This document shows positions 37,885 to 48,744 of a DNA stretch of 64,000 nucleotides, piece after piece. The notes under the pieces are model-generated. The model saw only the letters and a list, made by a program, of their open reading frames with translations, was not told the origin of the DNA and did not search any database. Position 1 is the first letter of the stretch. Every line of letters begins with the position of its first letter. A program made the position numbers and the translations under genes. Origin of the DNA: Lama glama (lineage: Eukaryota); contig CM052850.1 in the NCBI GenBank assembly GCA_028534125.1, positions 25,544,001 through 25,608,000 on the forward strand, in the 5' to 3' direction.

Positions 37885-39229
37885 GTAAGTGCGCCGTGGG
37901 AGGCCCTGGGGGGGAGCTGCGGGCGGAGGGCGCTGGCCGCATGACTGGCCACAGAGCCCGGAACGAGCTTCTGGATGGAGCATTTCCTTCGGTAAACGCT
38001 GTCCAGTGCCCTACCCGTGGGAGAGACGCCGCCGAGTGGGGCCTCCCAGACCCGGGCTGCCCCTGTCCTGGGGCTGCTCCCGAGGGCTGCACGGGGCAGG
38101 GCCGGAGCCTTCCCGGCCTCCCCTGCCCGTGGCCCTCTCCAGGGCTTCCTGGGGACACGCAGGGCGCCGCCTGCTTCATCCCTTCCTGAGGTAGCGGGGT
38201 TCTGGGCCAACTCGCTGGCGGTGGTGGGCGATCTCGTAGTCCCGACCTTCATCCCCGGTGGGGCTGTGAGGGTGGGCGGTACACGCTGTGTCGTCTTGAT
38301 GACACTTGGCGGGACCAGGGGCACCCATGCTCTCCCAGCAGCATGTGCTGGCCTGGCCTCACCCAGGGCTCGTTGACCGTCCAGCCTGCCTGACCGGGAG
38401 GGCTTTCAACGCGGCTTAAAATAAAAACGTGAAAGGAGGCTGGTGCCCATGAGACGCGAGGCTTCCCACAGGAGGTTGGGTTGTCACGTCTGAAGCCCCG
38501 GCTCCGGGGACCAGCCACAGCTGGCGTGACATTTAAGTCTCGTTTAGCAACATGGAGAGAAAGTGAACTACCCAGAGCTCACCGTCTCGTGGTGGAGAAG
38601 GGATGTCATCCTGCCACCGAGCACCTTGTCCCCCCCACGGGGCTCTCTGACGCTGAGCCGTGGGACTCGGTCGGGGCGCTGAGTGAGAGGGGCTGGCTTT
38701 TGGAAGCATGTACAGAAGGGCAGAGATGCAGTTTCCCATGTCTGTTTACACGGCGGTGCGGGCAGCTGGGTGGTCCTGGTGGCAGGCTGTCCTGACAGCT
38801 CCTGAGCAGAGGGGCCTGGGCCTGCTCCCAGCAGGCGGCTCGTCACCCTGGTCCCCTGGCTCTCGGCCGTGGGCGTCCTGACCCCCGTGTCTGTCATGGA
38901 GCCTGAGAATAATGGAGTAGCTGACCTCAGCCTCGAGGCGGGGGGTGGAACAGCTCGGGGGGAAGAGGAGCCGGGTGGGCTAACTTCCCCGGCTGAGCGC
39001 TCCCACCTTAGGCTTTTTGGGTCGAAGGGCCTCTGTTGTGACGTTCCAGCTCTGGAAGCAGCAGAGGCACTGGTGCCGGGGGAGGTGCCGTGCGGGCCAA
39101 GCAGGCAGGCCCCTCTTGTCGGGGAGTCGGCCCCCACCCAGCTCCCCTCACCCGGGGGATGGGTGGCCTAGGGATGAGGGTCCTGCCTGGTGTCGCTCCT
39201 CAGGGGCTCCATCCCTGCTGCCCTTCCGT

Positions 39230-39580
39230 CGCGTGTTCCCAGGGCTGCCGTCACTGAGCACTGCCAGTGGTTCCCTCCTCACAGTCTGGGGCCCCAAATC
39301 TGAGACCCAGGTGTTGGCAGGGCCGCACTCCCTCCCGGGGGCTGTGGTGAGTCTCCCTTGCCTCTTCCAGGCAGCCCACGGGAGCCCACCCTGCCCCCCG
39401 CCCCCCGCCGCGCGTGCCTGTGTGTGCCGGCTGTCCTCTCCCTGAGAGGAGGCCAGTCACACTCCCGCGGGGCCTCAGCTCAGCTGAGTCACTCACGTAT
39501 GCAAAGACCGTGTTTCCCAGGGAGGTCACGTCCTGAGGTCCTGAGATGGACATGAACCTGGGGGGACTCTTCGGAGTATC
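39230..39580. mobile_element. MLT1 (ERVL-MaLR) LTR
   Basis: ctcacagtctgggg..aatctgagacccaggtgttggcagggcc and tgcaaagaccgtgtttccca..ggtcacgtcctgagg..ggacatgaacctgggggga. Confidence 0.7.
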
Positions 39581-42500
39581 CAGGGCCTGGGTCCTTTAGA
39601 ACGGTGTGTTCAAGTGCTGTGCCTCCCATAGCCCCTCCGGGCCCTGCCCCTGTCTTTGGGGGGTCGAGGCACCAGTTTGGAGAGCTGGGGGAAGTCGCAG
39701 TCAGTGTGGTGGGAGGGCACCCGTGAGAAATGGGGAGGGGGCCCACCGGTCACCTTGGAAGGGCCTAATGGCGACCCCTGGGTTCTTCTCCCTATGCTCC
39801 AGGTGTGACACCCCTCCAGCGGGCTCCCCTATGTGGGGAGGGGCCCGCCTGGCCCTGAGGCCAGAGGCGCTGACCTGTGGTGCGTGGAGCGGCCAGGGCC
39901 GTGCTGGCCCCCTCTCCCGGGAGCACGCCCTGGGTTGCCCCTCACTCGGGGGTGACGATTCTCTTGTTTTCCCAGTCAAGCCGAGACTGTCACTTTAAGG
40001 AATGCTTCCCTTTCCCTTGGCCTGGAGGTCAGGTTAGGTGGCCTGTTTTCCATTCCTTTGTGGCAGATAAGCCCCATGCCACCCACTGAGGACCGAGGTT
40101 ATAAGCTCTCTGCCTGCGTTTTGTCTGGCCTTCTCCCACAGTGCGTCTCAGCCCCTCCAAGGGCCTCGTTGGAGAGCTGGGATCTGGCTTTAGGATGGAA
40201 CCACCAGTGTCAGGGGTGGGCATTCTGGAGAGGGGAAGGCCATCGGCAGAGATGGGACCCCTCTCAGATATTTGCGGGGGGTGGGGCGGGCAGCGCTCCA
40301 GGGAAGCAACTGGGAGCAGGCTCGGGGGGGGCTGCCTTTCTCGGGGGTGGGGGCGCGGGGCTTGCCCTCCCCAGGCCTCTGAGAGGCCCCAGTGGCTTGT
40401 CTGTGGCCGAGGTGAACTCTAGCTCCCCAGGGCCTGCGTGCGAGGCAGCCATGGTGGAGGCCCTGCTGTGGGAAGGCGAGCGAGCGACCCACCCCTCCTC
40501 CCCGGGCCCGAGCGTCCCCAGGCTGGCCGGGCGCCCTCTGTTGTTGGGCAGAGGGAGGCGCTCCCGGGGTTGGTGTGGCCCCTTCTCGGTGCGGGTGGGC
40601 GGCCTGAGTTTAAGGCTGGTTCTCACTCCTGACTGGTAATTCGGCTGGGAAGATAATGACATTCTTACTTTGTGAGGTTCTCTTAGGAGCATCAAGTGAC
40701 TTGAGATAAGATGCCTCAACAAGTGTGAAATACCAGTGAATTCAGAATAATCTCATCTCTCACTGTAAGCGCTTCCCTCCTCCATTCACTTTGCTGAGGT
40801 TGCCCGGAACTGTCAGAAAAGATGGAGAGTGCCTTTGAGAGGCCAGAGCAAACACCGGCTCTGGCCCACGGTGCCTGCCCACAGGGTTTCCGAGGCAGAG
40901 CGGGCCCGCTGTGGCCTCCCAGCCCCACGGCTCCTTCAGGGGAGGGGGACACGGGTACTGCTGATTCTTGAGTCAGTTTTTCTTGGCATCATTGTGAGGG
41001 TATCTGCCATCCAATTGGAGTCTTGAGTCGCTGCTGGAAGGAGCTATGTAATAAAATGTCTTAGAAGAATTTAAAAATGGGTAATGTAGAACTACGCGAA
41101 TGTATGTTTCTTCTTTGAAGGCCGTAAGCCAGGTTTTGAACTGGCAAATCGGCTTTTGCAAAGTTAACTTAAGTGTTTGTATTTTCACTCATTTCTCATA
41201 TACGTGCACCCGCGTGTGCCTTGCACACGTCCTTCTGCGTTGCCGACAGGTTCTGGAACTTTGTATAACCTCATGCATCCCTGGAGGCATCCGGAAGGCA
41301 TTTCCCTAGGGTGGGAAGGCGAGAGGGGTCGGAGGGTGGTCTGCAGGGTGTCTGTCGGTGCTGGAGCTGGCACCTGGTAAGATGGTCGGATGCCACGCGC
41401 CACCACTTCTCTGCTGGTTGTTCACCCCTGTGCAGCTGTGGTCAGCCGCGGGCTTGTCCTGTGCCTGCGGCTACAGTCAGTGTTCGGGTTCCCGGTGACT
41501 GGACACCTGCACTTCTCATAGCTGGGTTCTCCTTCCTGCGACTACAGTCTCTTGTCACCAAAGTTGGTAGCCGGCTGGAACTTTGTGAGTTCCCCTTGCG
41601 CTGAGAGCCGTGCAGGCATGTCGCCCTCCCTCAGTAAATGCTGACTGACTGACGCCTCTGACTGACTTCGAGAAGACCTGAGAACCAGCAGAGACCTGCT
41701 GCTTCCTCTGTGTCTCCTTTTCTGCGGGAGGACAGAGGGGCAGGGACTGCCCTAGGCTCTTCTCTCTGCTCCTGAAAATCCTGCTTCTCCTGAAGCCAGT
41801 TTCTTTCTCTCTAGAGTATAGAAATTTTGGTTGTCATTCTGTTTAGAGTCAAAGATGTCCTAAGCGTCAGCTCGCAGAAAGCCACGAAGTGTCTTTCCAG
41901 GACAGAAGAAACTTTGCTGACTGCAGTGCTGAAGAAGATAAGCGCTTCCTTTGCTTTGTTTTGTTTCAGTGTCTCGGTCTCCATAGAGTACGTTTCAGGG
42001 GTTGGGCACCCGTTTGTCTCTCAGCACATGGTCCAAACTTGGTGCTCTTAGTCAAAACAGGAAGTTTTTCAGCTTAATCTTTTTATTATTAAATTTTTGA
42101 ATTTCATCCATTCATTTTCCCGTTAATCAGTGAAGCTTCATGACCAGTGAGCGGGGGGTCACCCTGTTGAAAAGCATGTCTTGTGATTCCCACGTTCCTG
42201 ACCGTTACTTTCTGTCGATTCAGCACAAGGAGGAGTGAGAGGTGGTCCGCTGAGAGGCAGTGGGCGGACAGGCTGGGGGGTCTCCGTCGGCCACCCACCC
42301 TGGTGGCCTCCCTGACCCCCGCCTCCTCCTTGGTGAGGGGTCTCGCAGGCTGGCGGGTCCCACACTGAGAGCTCAGCGTGATGTAGGGGCGACAGTGCGG
42401 GTGCCAGCGCTGAGCACAGGACAGACGCTGAAAGACTGCAGGACGGCTCTGCCCCCTGGGTCCCATGGAGGTGATGCCCACTCAGCCGGGGGGCGGGGAC

Positions 42501-42629
42501 TCCACGGGGTAAGGATGATCTCTGCCTTAACGGCGTTTTATTCTGATTGAGGAGACAGGGCTGATCAGCCGGCCCAGGCTTGGGTGGCGACGGAAGAGGG
42601 TCTCCAGGTAATCGTGACCACCTTTTCAT

Positions 42630-42920
42630 CAGCAGTGTTCAAGCATCTCTTATGTGCCTGGATACTCTGGGTTCTTGGCCGACATGGGTGAGCAAAACAG
42701 AGGTCCCTGTGCTGTGGGGGAAACAGCGTGAACCCAGTAGATACAGAAGTTCTGTAAAGTGTTAGAGGACCTGGATGGGGTGGAGGCGGGAGGCCCTGTA
42801 GGGTCAGACAGGCTGGCTGAGGGGAGTATTTCTGAGGTCATGTTAGAGCCCAGACTTGGAGGAGGAAGGAGGCAGCCAGGCGGACACGAGTGAACCGAGG
42901 AGAACCGAGCTGGGCTGGCA
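42630..42920. mobile_element. L2 3'-end fragment
   Basis: tatgtgcctggatact..gtgagcaaaacagaggtccctg and ttctgaggtcatgttagagcccagacttggagga resemble L2 motifs. Confidence 0.45.
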
Positions 42921-43211
42921 AGACTGTGGGGACCCTTGGCTTCTTTCTCCACATTCAGGCATGAGGTGTCGCACGTGAAATTCGGGTGGGCGGTTGGAGC
43001 ATGGAGCATCCAGGAAGCTTGTAGGGGCCTCGCCTCTAGCTTTTTGCCCCTCTCCGGCTGATGTGGGCAGTCAGAGCAGACAGTTGGGAAAATAAATAGC
43101 GGAGAGCGTCGGTCACACATAGCAGCCTCGGCTGAGGGGTCTCCCGGCCCCATCGCACTGCCTGCTCGCTCCCCACCGGCCTCACGGAGCCTCCTGCCCT
43201 GTGTCCTGCAG

Positions 43212-43379
43212 GTCATCTCTTCTATAAGTTTGGAATCACGGAATCTGACTGGTATCGAATCAAACAGAGCATCGACTCTAAGTGTCGGACGGCTTGGCGG
43301 CGGAAACAGCGGGGCCAGAGCCTGGCCGTCAAGAGCTTCTCCAGGAGAACCCCGTCCTCCTCCTCCTACGGAGCCGCAG
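43212..43379 (+). CDS. BANP: BANP coding exon 7, C-terminal part of BEN domain and basic segment (CHLFYKFGITESDWYRIKQSIDSKCRTAWRRKQRGQSLAVKSFSRRTPSSSSYGAA)
   Basis: Acceptor tgtcctgcag|GT, donor CAG|GTGCGC; 168 nt, phase 1/1; frame not listed in the ORF track but reads open by hand. Confidence 0.97.
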
Positions 43380-46005
43380 GTGCGCAGTGTGGGGCGGCCG
43401 GGTGAGGCCAGCGTGGTTCTGTGGGTGCGTGGCCCCCGAGGTGCCCAGTGGGGGTTTCCCGGGGGGGGGTGCCCTGGGCTCCGGGGCAGGAGGAGGGGCT
43501 GGGCAGGACCTCCGGGAGCACCGCTTCACCGCCCCGGCACGGGCGCGCTGTCGTCGTCCCGCCCGCGTGGCGTCCGCGGTGACGCTGCTTACTGCACGGG
43601 GGCAGGGCCTCCGCTGTGCTCATCTCAAGGTAGCGGGGAACTCCTAGACTTTCCTTTCAGGTGTTGAAAGGAGGGGTTGTTTTTCCTGGAAAAGTTCGCC
43701 AGGAGCGACAGTAAGTCCAGCATTGCTTGTCACCCAAGACGTCTCCAGACATTTTCACAGAAACAGTTTTCAACTCTGGCAGAGGCTTCCTGGCAGCAGC
43801 TCTCACACCTGAGCCCTGACCACAGTCGGGGCCGGGATCAGGGGCGGCCACGGGCAGGGGGGCCGGAACTCTGGTTCTGGAAGCAGACTGGGTCACCTGG
43901 AGTCCGCACAGGGCCTCGTTCTTTCTGAGCCAGACCTCAGGAAGCGGTTTTCCTCGGCAGTTTGGTGGTTGTCAGATAACTTGCCTTTCCCTGCCCTGAC
44001 TGCCCTGAGGTGGCCGGTCTCGTGGGCCTGAGCACGGCCTCTGGGGGTGGCCTGCACTGAAGGGTCTGTCGGCGAGGAGTCTGGGCCTTCCTCTCACCAT
44101 TGGGAGTTGCGTGTGGGAACTCAGGTGGCAGTCGGCGGTCTGCTGGGGGTGGCCCTGTGGTCCTGAGCGGGCAGGCGGAGGCCAGCGCGGACTGGTCTGT
44201 CGTCCCCTCCCGCGGCCGCACGGCAGCACTCGGTGCGCATCCCCGTCTCTGGAGGCGCCGGGACACGTGCGGAGCAGGGCTTCTCCCAGCTGGCCTGTGG
44301 GCGGGCCCCTCGGGGCCTTGTAGAGTCAGATCTGGTTGAGTACATCGGGGCGGGGGCCTGCACCTGCGTGAGGCCCGAGCTGGTCTGGAGCCCATGTGAG
44401 CAGCGAGGGCACTGGGTCCCGAGGCTGGGCTCCTGGGCCGTCCACCTGGATGGAACCCCCTTCTGGCCCCGTAGCTGGAGACTCGGGTCTGATCTCTGAA
44501 GCGTCACGGCTGGTGACGCCCCGTTTCTCTCCTCTCGCGCATTACTGTTTGTTTCTCTTCGGTTGTTAGCGTCTTCAGCTGCACGACAATGATTTAGTTT
44601 AATGATAGCTGTGTGTCTTCAGTGACTCTTTTCTTTGTTTATAAACGTGTCAGTGTTTCTTCCAAGACGCTGTGGGTTTGAGCAGCTCTCAGGGCTGCCG
44701 CTGGCCTTGCGGGCGGTGAGCAGCCACCGTGAGGACATCTCCAGGGCTGAGGCTGGGCAGGCTCCGTGTCTCTGACGGGTCCTTTGGAAGGACTCTGTCC
44801 GGAGCCCTGTCAGCGGGCCGGCCCCAGGCGGCTTTGGAAGATCCACCAGCAGTGGGCACGTGCCCAGAGGGGCCCTGCTAGTCCTTCTCTCGGTATGTAG
44901 GTGGCACCACGTGGCGCGTGGCTGCCTGCCCCAGGGTCTCCGCGCCCAGGACACAGCGTGGTGGGTGGGGAGGGGTGGGATTCATGGTGAGACTTTTTAG
45001 GAAGCTCTGGCAGGAGATGGCTCCATCGGCTCCCTGGCCTTAGAGGTAGGTGTCTGGGGAGGATGGGGAGTCCCGGGCACCATGCTGACGGGGGTTGCTC
45101 TCCTGGCACTTGGCTGGAGCTGCTTCTCGGGTGTTGGAACCGAGGAGTTCTGAGAGAAACACAGAACACATTCTTCTCTTATCAGCATTTTTGGAGAATG
45201 TTGCTTTGTAACTGCCGGTTGATTCGCCGTTTCTGTTTGAATGCACTGCGTGCTTGGCCAAAACTCAGTAGAGCACACGCGGTGGTCCGTCAAGGGGACT
45301 CCGGGGCCTCGTCCTCCTCTCTGTGCTCTCGGCTGTTCTGGTGGCAGGCTCCTCGGGAGCGTGTCGCTGAGCCAGGAGCCTGTCAGCCTGCAGGCGGCAG
45401 TCGCTTGCTGGGGTGTCCTCTCTTCTTCTGAACGATCAGCAGACAGAAAGGGCACCTCCCAGTCAACGCCTGAGGGAGATTCTGGGCCGAGGCTGGTCTG
45501 TTTAAGTCTGCGTTAGTTCTGCCAGTTTGAACTCAAACCGTAAAATCACTAGTTTCAAGGGACTTTAAAAAACCGACTTCATTAAAATGCTTCTGTTTCA
45601 CACTCCTTGCTGGCCGCACCGTGTCAGCCTTTGTGTGTGCCGGCGTGTGAGGCAGCCGCGTTGGCTGCGTGAAGCGCCTTGGGCACGCTCCATACAGCCC
45701 CCCGGGGCCCAGGCGCACTCACGTGCCCAGCGCGAGCGCTCCGCGGTTGCAGGGGACACCTGCTGACCGCGTGCCGCTGTGCTGCGTCTCCCTGGACACG
45801 GAGCGGAGCTGTCCGGTGCGGGCAGGGCCCGAGGGGACAGCCTGTCCTGTGTCGCTGCTGGGGGCCACGGTCTGGGCCACCCTCGACGCGGCCTTGTCTG
45901 CGTCGCTGGCTGTAGCTCTTGAACGATTCTGATCACCAGCGAGGCAAGTGGCCGAGGCAGGCTTTGCACTGGGCTTTGATGTCGGTGTAAACTGTGAAAC
46001 GTGAA

Positions 46006-46157
46006 TTTATTTATTTATTTATTATTTTTAAATTTTTTTAATTTTGTTTTTGAGGGGTAATTAGGTTTTTCTGGTTTTCAGCGGAGGTCCAGGGGATTGA
46101 ACCCAAGGCTTCCTGCGTGCTGAGCACGCGCTCTGCCACCGAGCTGACCCTCCCCCC
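46006..46157 (-). mobile_element. tRNA-derived SINE, camelid vic-1-like
   Basis: (TTTA)n/T-rich tail, then gaggggtaattaggttt..ggaggtccaggggattgaaccca (reverse B box) and ctctgccaccgagct..ccctcccccc (reverse A box). Confidence 0.75.
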
Positions 46158-46996
46158 AGAGCGTGAGCTTGGGCTGGTCTTCACGTGAGGGGTCACAGGG
46201 AGTTACTGACTACGTGGTAAATTCAGTGACTTAAATTCGAGGTTTCTGACGTGTTGCAGGTGCTAACGCTTTAATGTTGTTGTGTTAGTTATTCAAAAGG
46301 TATTCAGTGGAATCTACCCCATGTCAGTTGGCCCCATTGAGCACACGAGAAGCCTTTTCTTCAATAATCACACAGTTTACGTCTTTCTTTTTCCTCCTTC
46401 CGTTTCTATCGTATCCGCTTTTCTCACAAAAGGTCATTCTGATGCAGTATGTTTCTATCTTTAGAAGTTTTTTTATTAAGCCATCATCTATTGCAACAAA
46501 AATACGAATATACATTGAAAATGAAAACATTTTTTTGAGTCCTTAATGTTGTGTTTAAGAAAATTCTTCTGACTGAGATAATGTTACAGTCAAAACGAAT
46601 ACACAACACATCAAAATAAGTGTATCTCGTTTTGTGAACTTGCTGGAAATGGGTCTGTGAGTGAGTGGGTGGGGCTCGCTTCCCTGGTTGAATGATCGGC
46701 GCGCGCACTGCCTTCCGCTGCCTGACGGGGTTTGGCCTCAACTCCGCCCTGTCTCCCGTTGGCTGTGACGTCCGAGGAGCCGCCCTGCACAGCAGTCAGG
46801 ATGCGTGTTTGTGGCCGCCCCGTGGATGTGGCTGTGTAGGTTAGCGCTCTCAGCCGTCAGACAGCTGCTGCCAGCGATCCCTGCACAGCGCGAGTCTGGG
46901 GGCGAAGACGAGCCTTTCCTCTGCGTGGGAATCGGGGCTGGGGGAGAGGAAGCCAGACGTGGAAGAGGGCTGAGCCCCGGGTGCGTTTCCCCGCAG

Positions 46997-47127
46997 AGGC
47001 CATGATGAGCACGCCGCCACCCGCCAGCGAGATGCAGCAGCCCCCGCCACAGGCCCTGCACTACGCGCTGGCCAACGCCCAGCAGGTCCAGATCCACCAG
47101 ATCGGAGAGGACGGGCAGGTCCAAGTA
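46997..47127 (+). CDS. BANP: BANP coding exon 8 (EAMMSTPPPASEMQQPPPQALHYALANAQQVQIHQIGEDGQVQV)
   Basis: Acceptor tttccccgcag|AG, donor GTA|GTATGT; 131 nt, ends phase 0. Confidence 0.95.
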
Positions 47128-48681
47128 GTATGTACCCTCTGCCGGCGGGCGGGGAGGGCGGGCCGGGAGGTGGGCGCGGCGGGGCCCCGAAGGCTCCCAC
47201 TGCCGTCTGGGCCGCTCCGGAAGCTTGGGATGGGGTCAGGTGCCATTTCAGAGTGGGAGGAGTTAGGGATCGCCTCGCACGTCTCAGGATGTCTCTGCCG
47301 GCCCCTTGGGGCTCCCCTGTGTGTGCTGTACCCGCAGCTGCTCTCAGGCCACTTGAGCGTCCCTGTGTCTGCCTGTCCTCCTGGGAGACATGGTGGGCGC
47401 ATCAGAGGTGTTTCCTCGGTTCGGGAGCATAGGCCCCCTTTACCCAGCAGGGAAGTAATTTCGCCCCAGGGCCATTGGAGAGAGCCGGTGGCCGCCGTCA
47501 CTGGAGCGTGCCCTGGCTGTGCGATGTGCCCTTGGCCCGAACGGGCCCTCAGCAGATGGCGAGCCCTCCCAGTCTGCCTCCCCGGCCCTGTGCAGTGCTG
47601 GCCCTTCATGGGTGCGGTGGCCCGGGAGAGTGGGGCCCGAACTGCTGGGGAGCCTCCTCGCCGGGGCCCTCCCTGCCGGCTGCCTCCTGGAAGCCTGGTT
47701 CCCACCCCAGGTGGCCTTGCTTTGATGCTGCGCTCAGCACACTGTCTGCAGAGGGAGGGCCTCCGGACAGTGCTGAGGGGCACTTCGAAGGGTTCTTCTT
47801 CCCGGGGACGTGGCGCAGTTGTAAACAGTGAGGTCTCTGTTTAACTGACAGTCACAGAGGCAGTCGCCTTTGCCTCCCCAGGGAGGAAGTTCTTTGAAAG
47901 AAGTCCAGGACAGGTGACTTGGACGCAGGGGCCACGTAGACCTGGTAAAATGACGGCCGCAGAAAGTTGTCCAGTGGTTTGTTTTGAGGTCCGTTTCGAT
48001 GAAGGTGGAACTTTAAGCAAGATGATGGGTATTCATTTCACGGATCCAAGCCGACATTTACAGGAACCAATTGTGTGCCTGAGTCTGCAAAGACAAGTGC
48101 ATTTGAGCTGGATTCCTTGAAGCCACGTTTGGTAATGTTTACGGCAGCTGTTTGAATAGTCACATCCGTCTCTGATTTCAAAGCAGTTGGCTGCCGTGTT
48201 TTCTGTGTGGACGCACGCACCCCCCCCGTCACGTGCTGCTGCGTGGCCTCACGCCCCGATCGTGCAGACTCCACCTGACAGCCCGGGGCGTTCTGGTCCC
48301 TTCAGGTTGATAATACCATTTTTAAAAAGTTGTCATTTTGGTTTCTGGAAGATTCTGATTTCCTTTCTTTTCGATATGTCCACCTCATTCTTAAATTTGC
48401 TGCTTTAATAATGTTCACAGATTCAGCAGATTTCTCCTAGGCCCCCCTTCCCCTTTAAGAACCAGGCAGTGCTCCCCTTCATACACTTGAAGTTTGATTT
48501 CCAGCGGCGGGTTAGTACGCCCACACTGCACCCCTGCAATGTCGCGCCCCGGACTCAGCTGTCTTTTCTTGGGCTGTGAGTGGAGAGCCAGGAGCCACAC
48601 TTCCGAGGGTGTTTCTTGTTTGTTCTGGTCTCGATTTTCCTCTGATGCTTCTTGGTGTCTTCTCTTCTGTGGATCCCACAG

Positions 48682-48744
48682 GGCCACCTGCACATCGCCC
48701 AGGTGCCTCAGGGGGAGCAGGTGCAGATCACGCAGGACAGCGAG
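48682..48744 (+). CDS. BANP: BANP coding exon 9 (GHLHIAQVPQGEQVQITQDSE)
   Basis: Acceptor atcccacag|GGC, donor GAG|GTGAGT; 63 nt, phase 0/0. Confidence 0.94.

Noticed and set aside
46085-46157. tRNA-like A and B boxes on the minus strand
   Set aside because: This is the head of the SINE, with an AT tail and no complete cloverleaf; not a tRNA gene.
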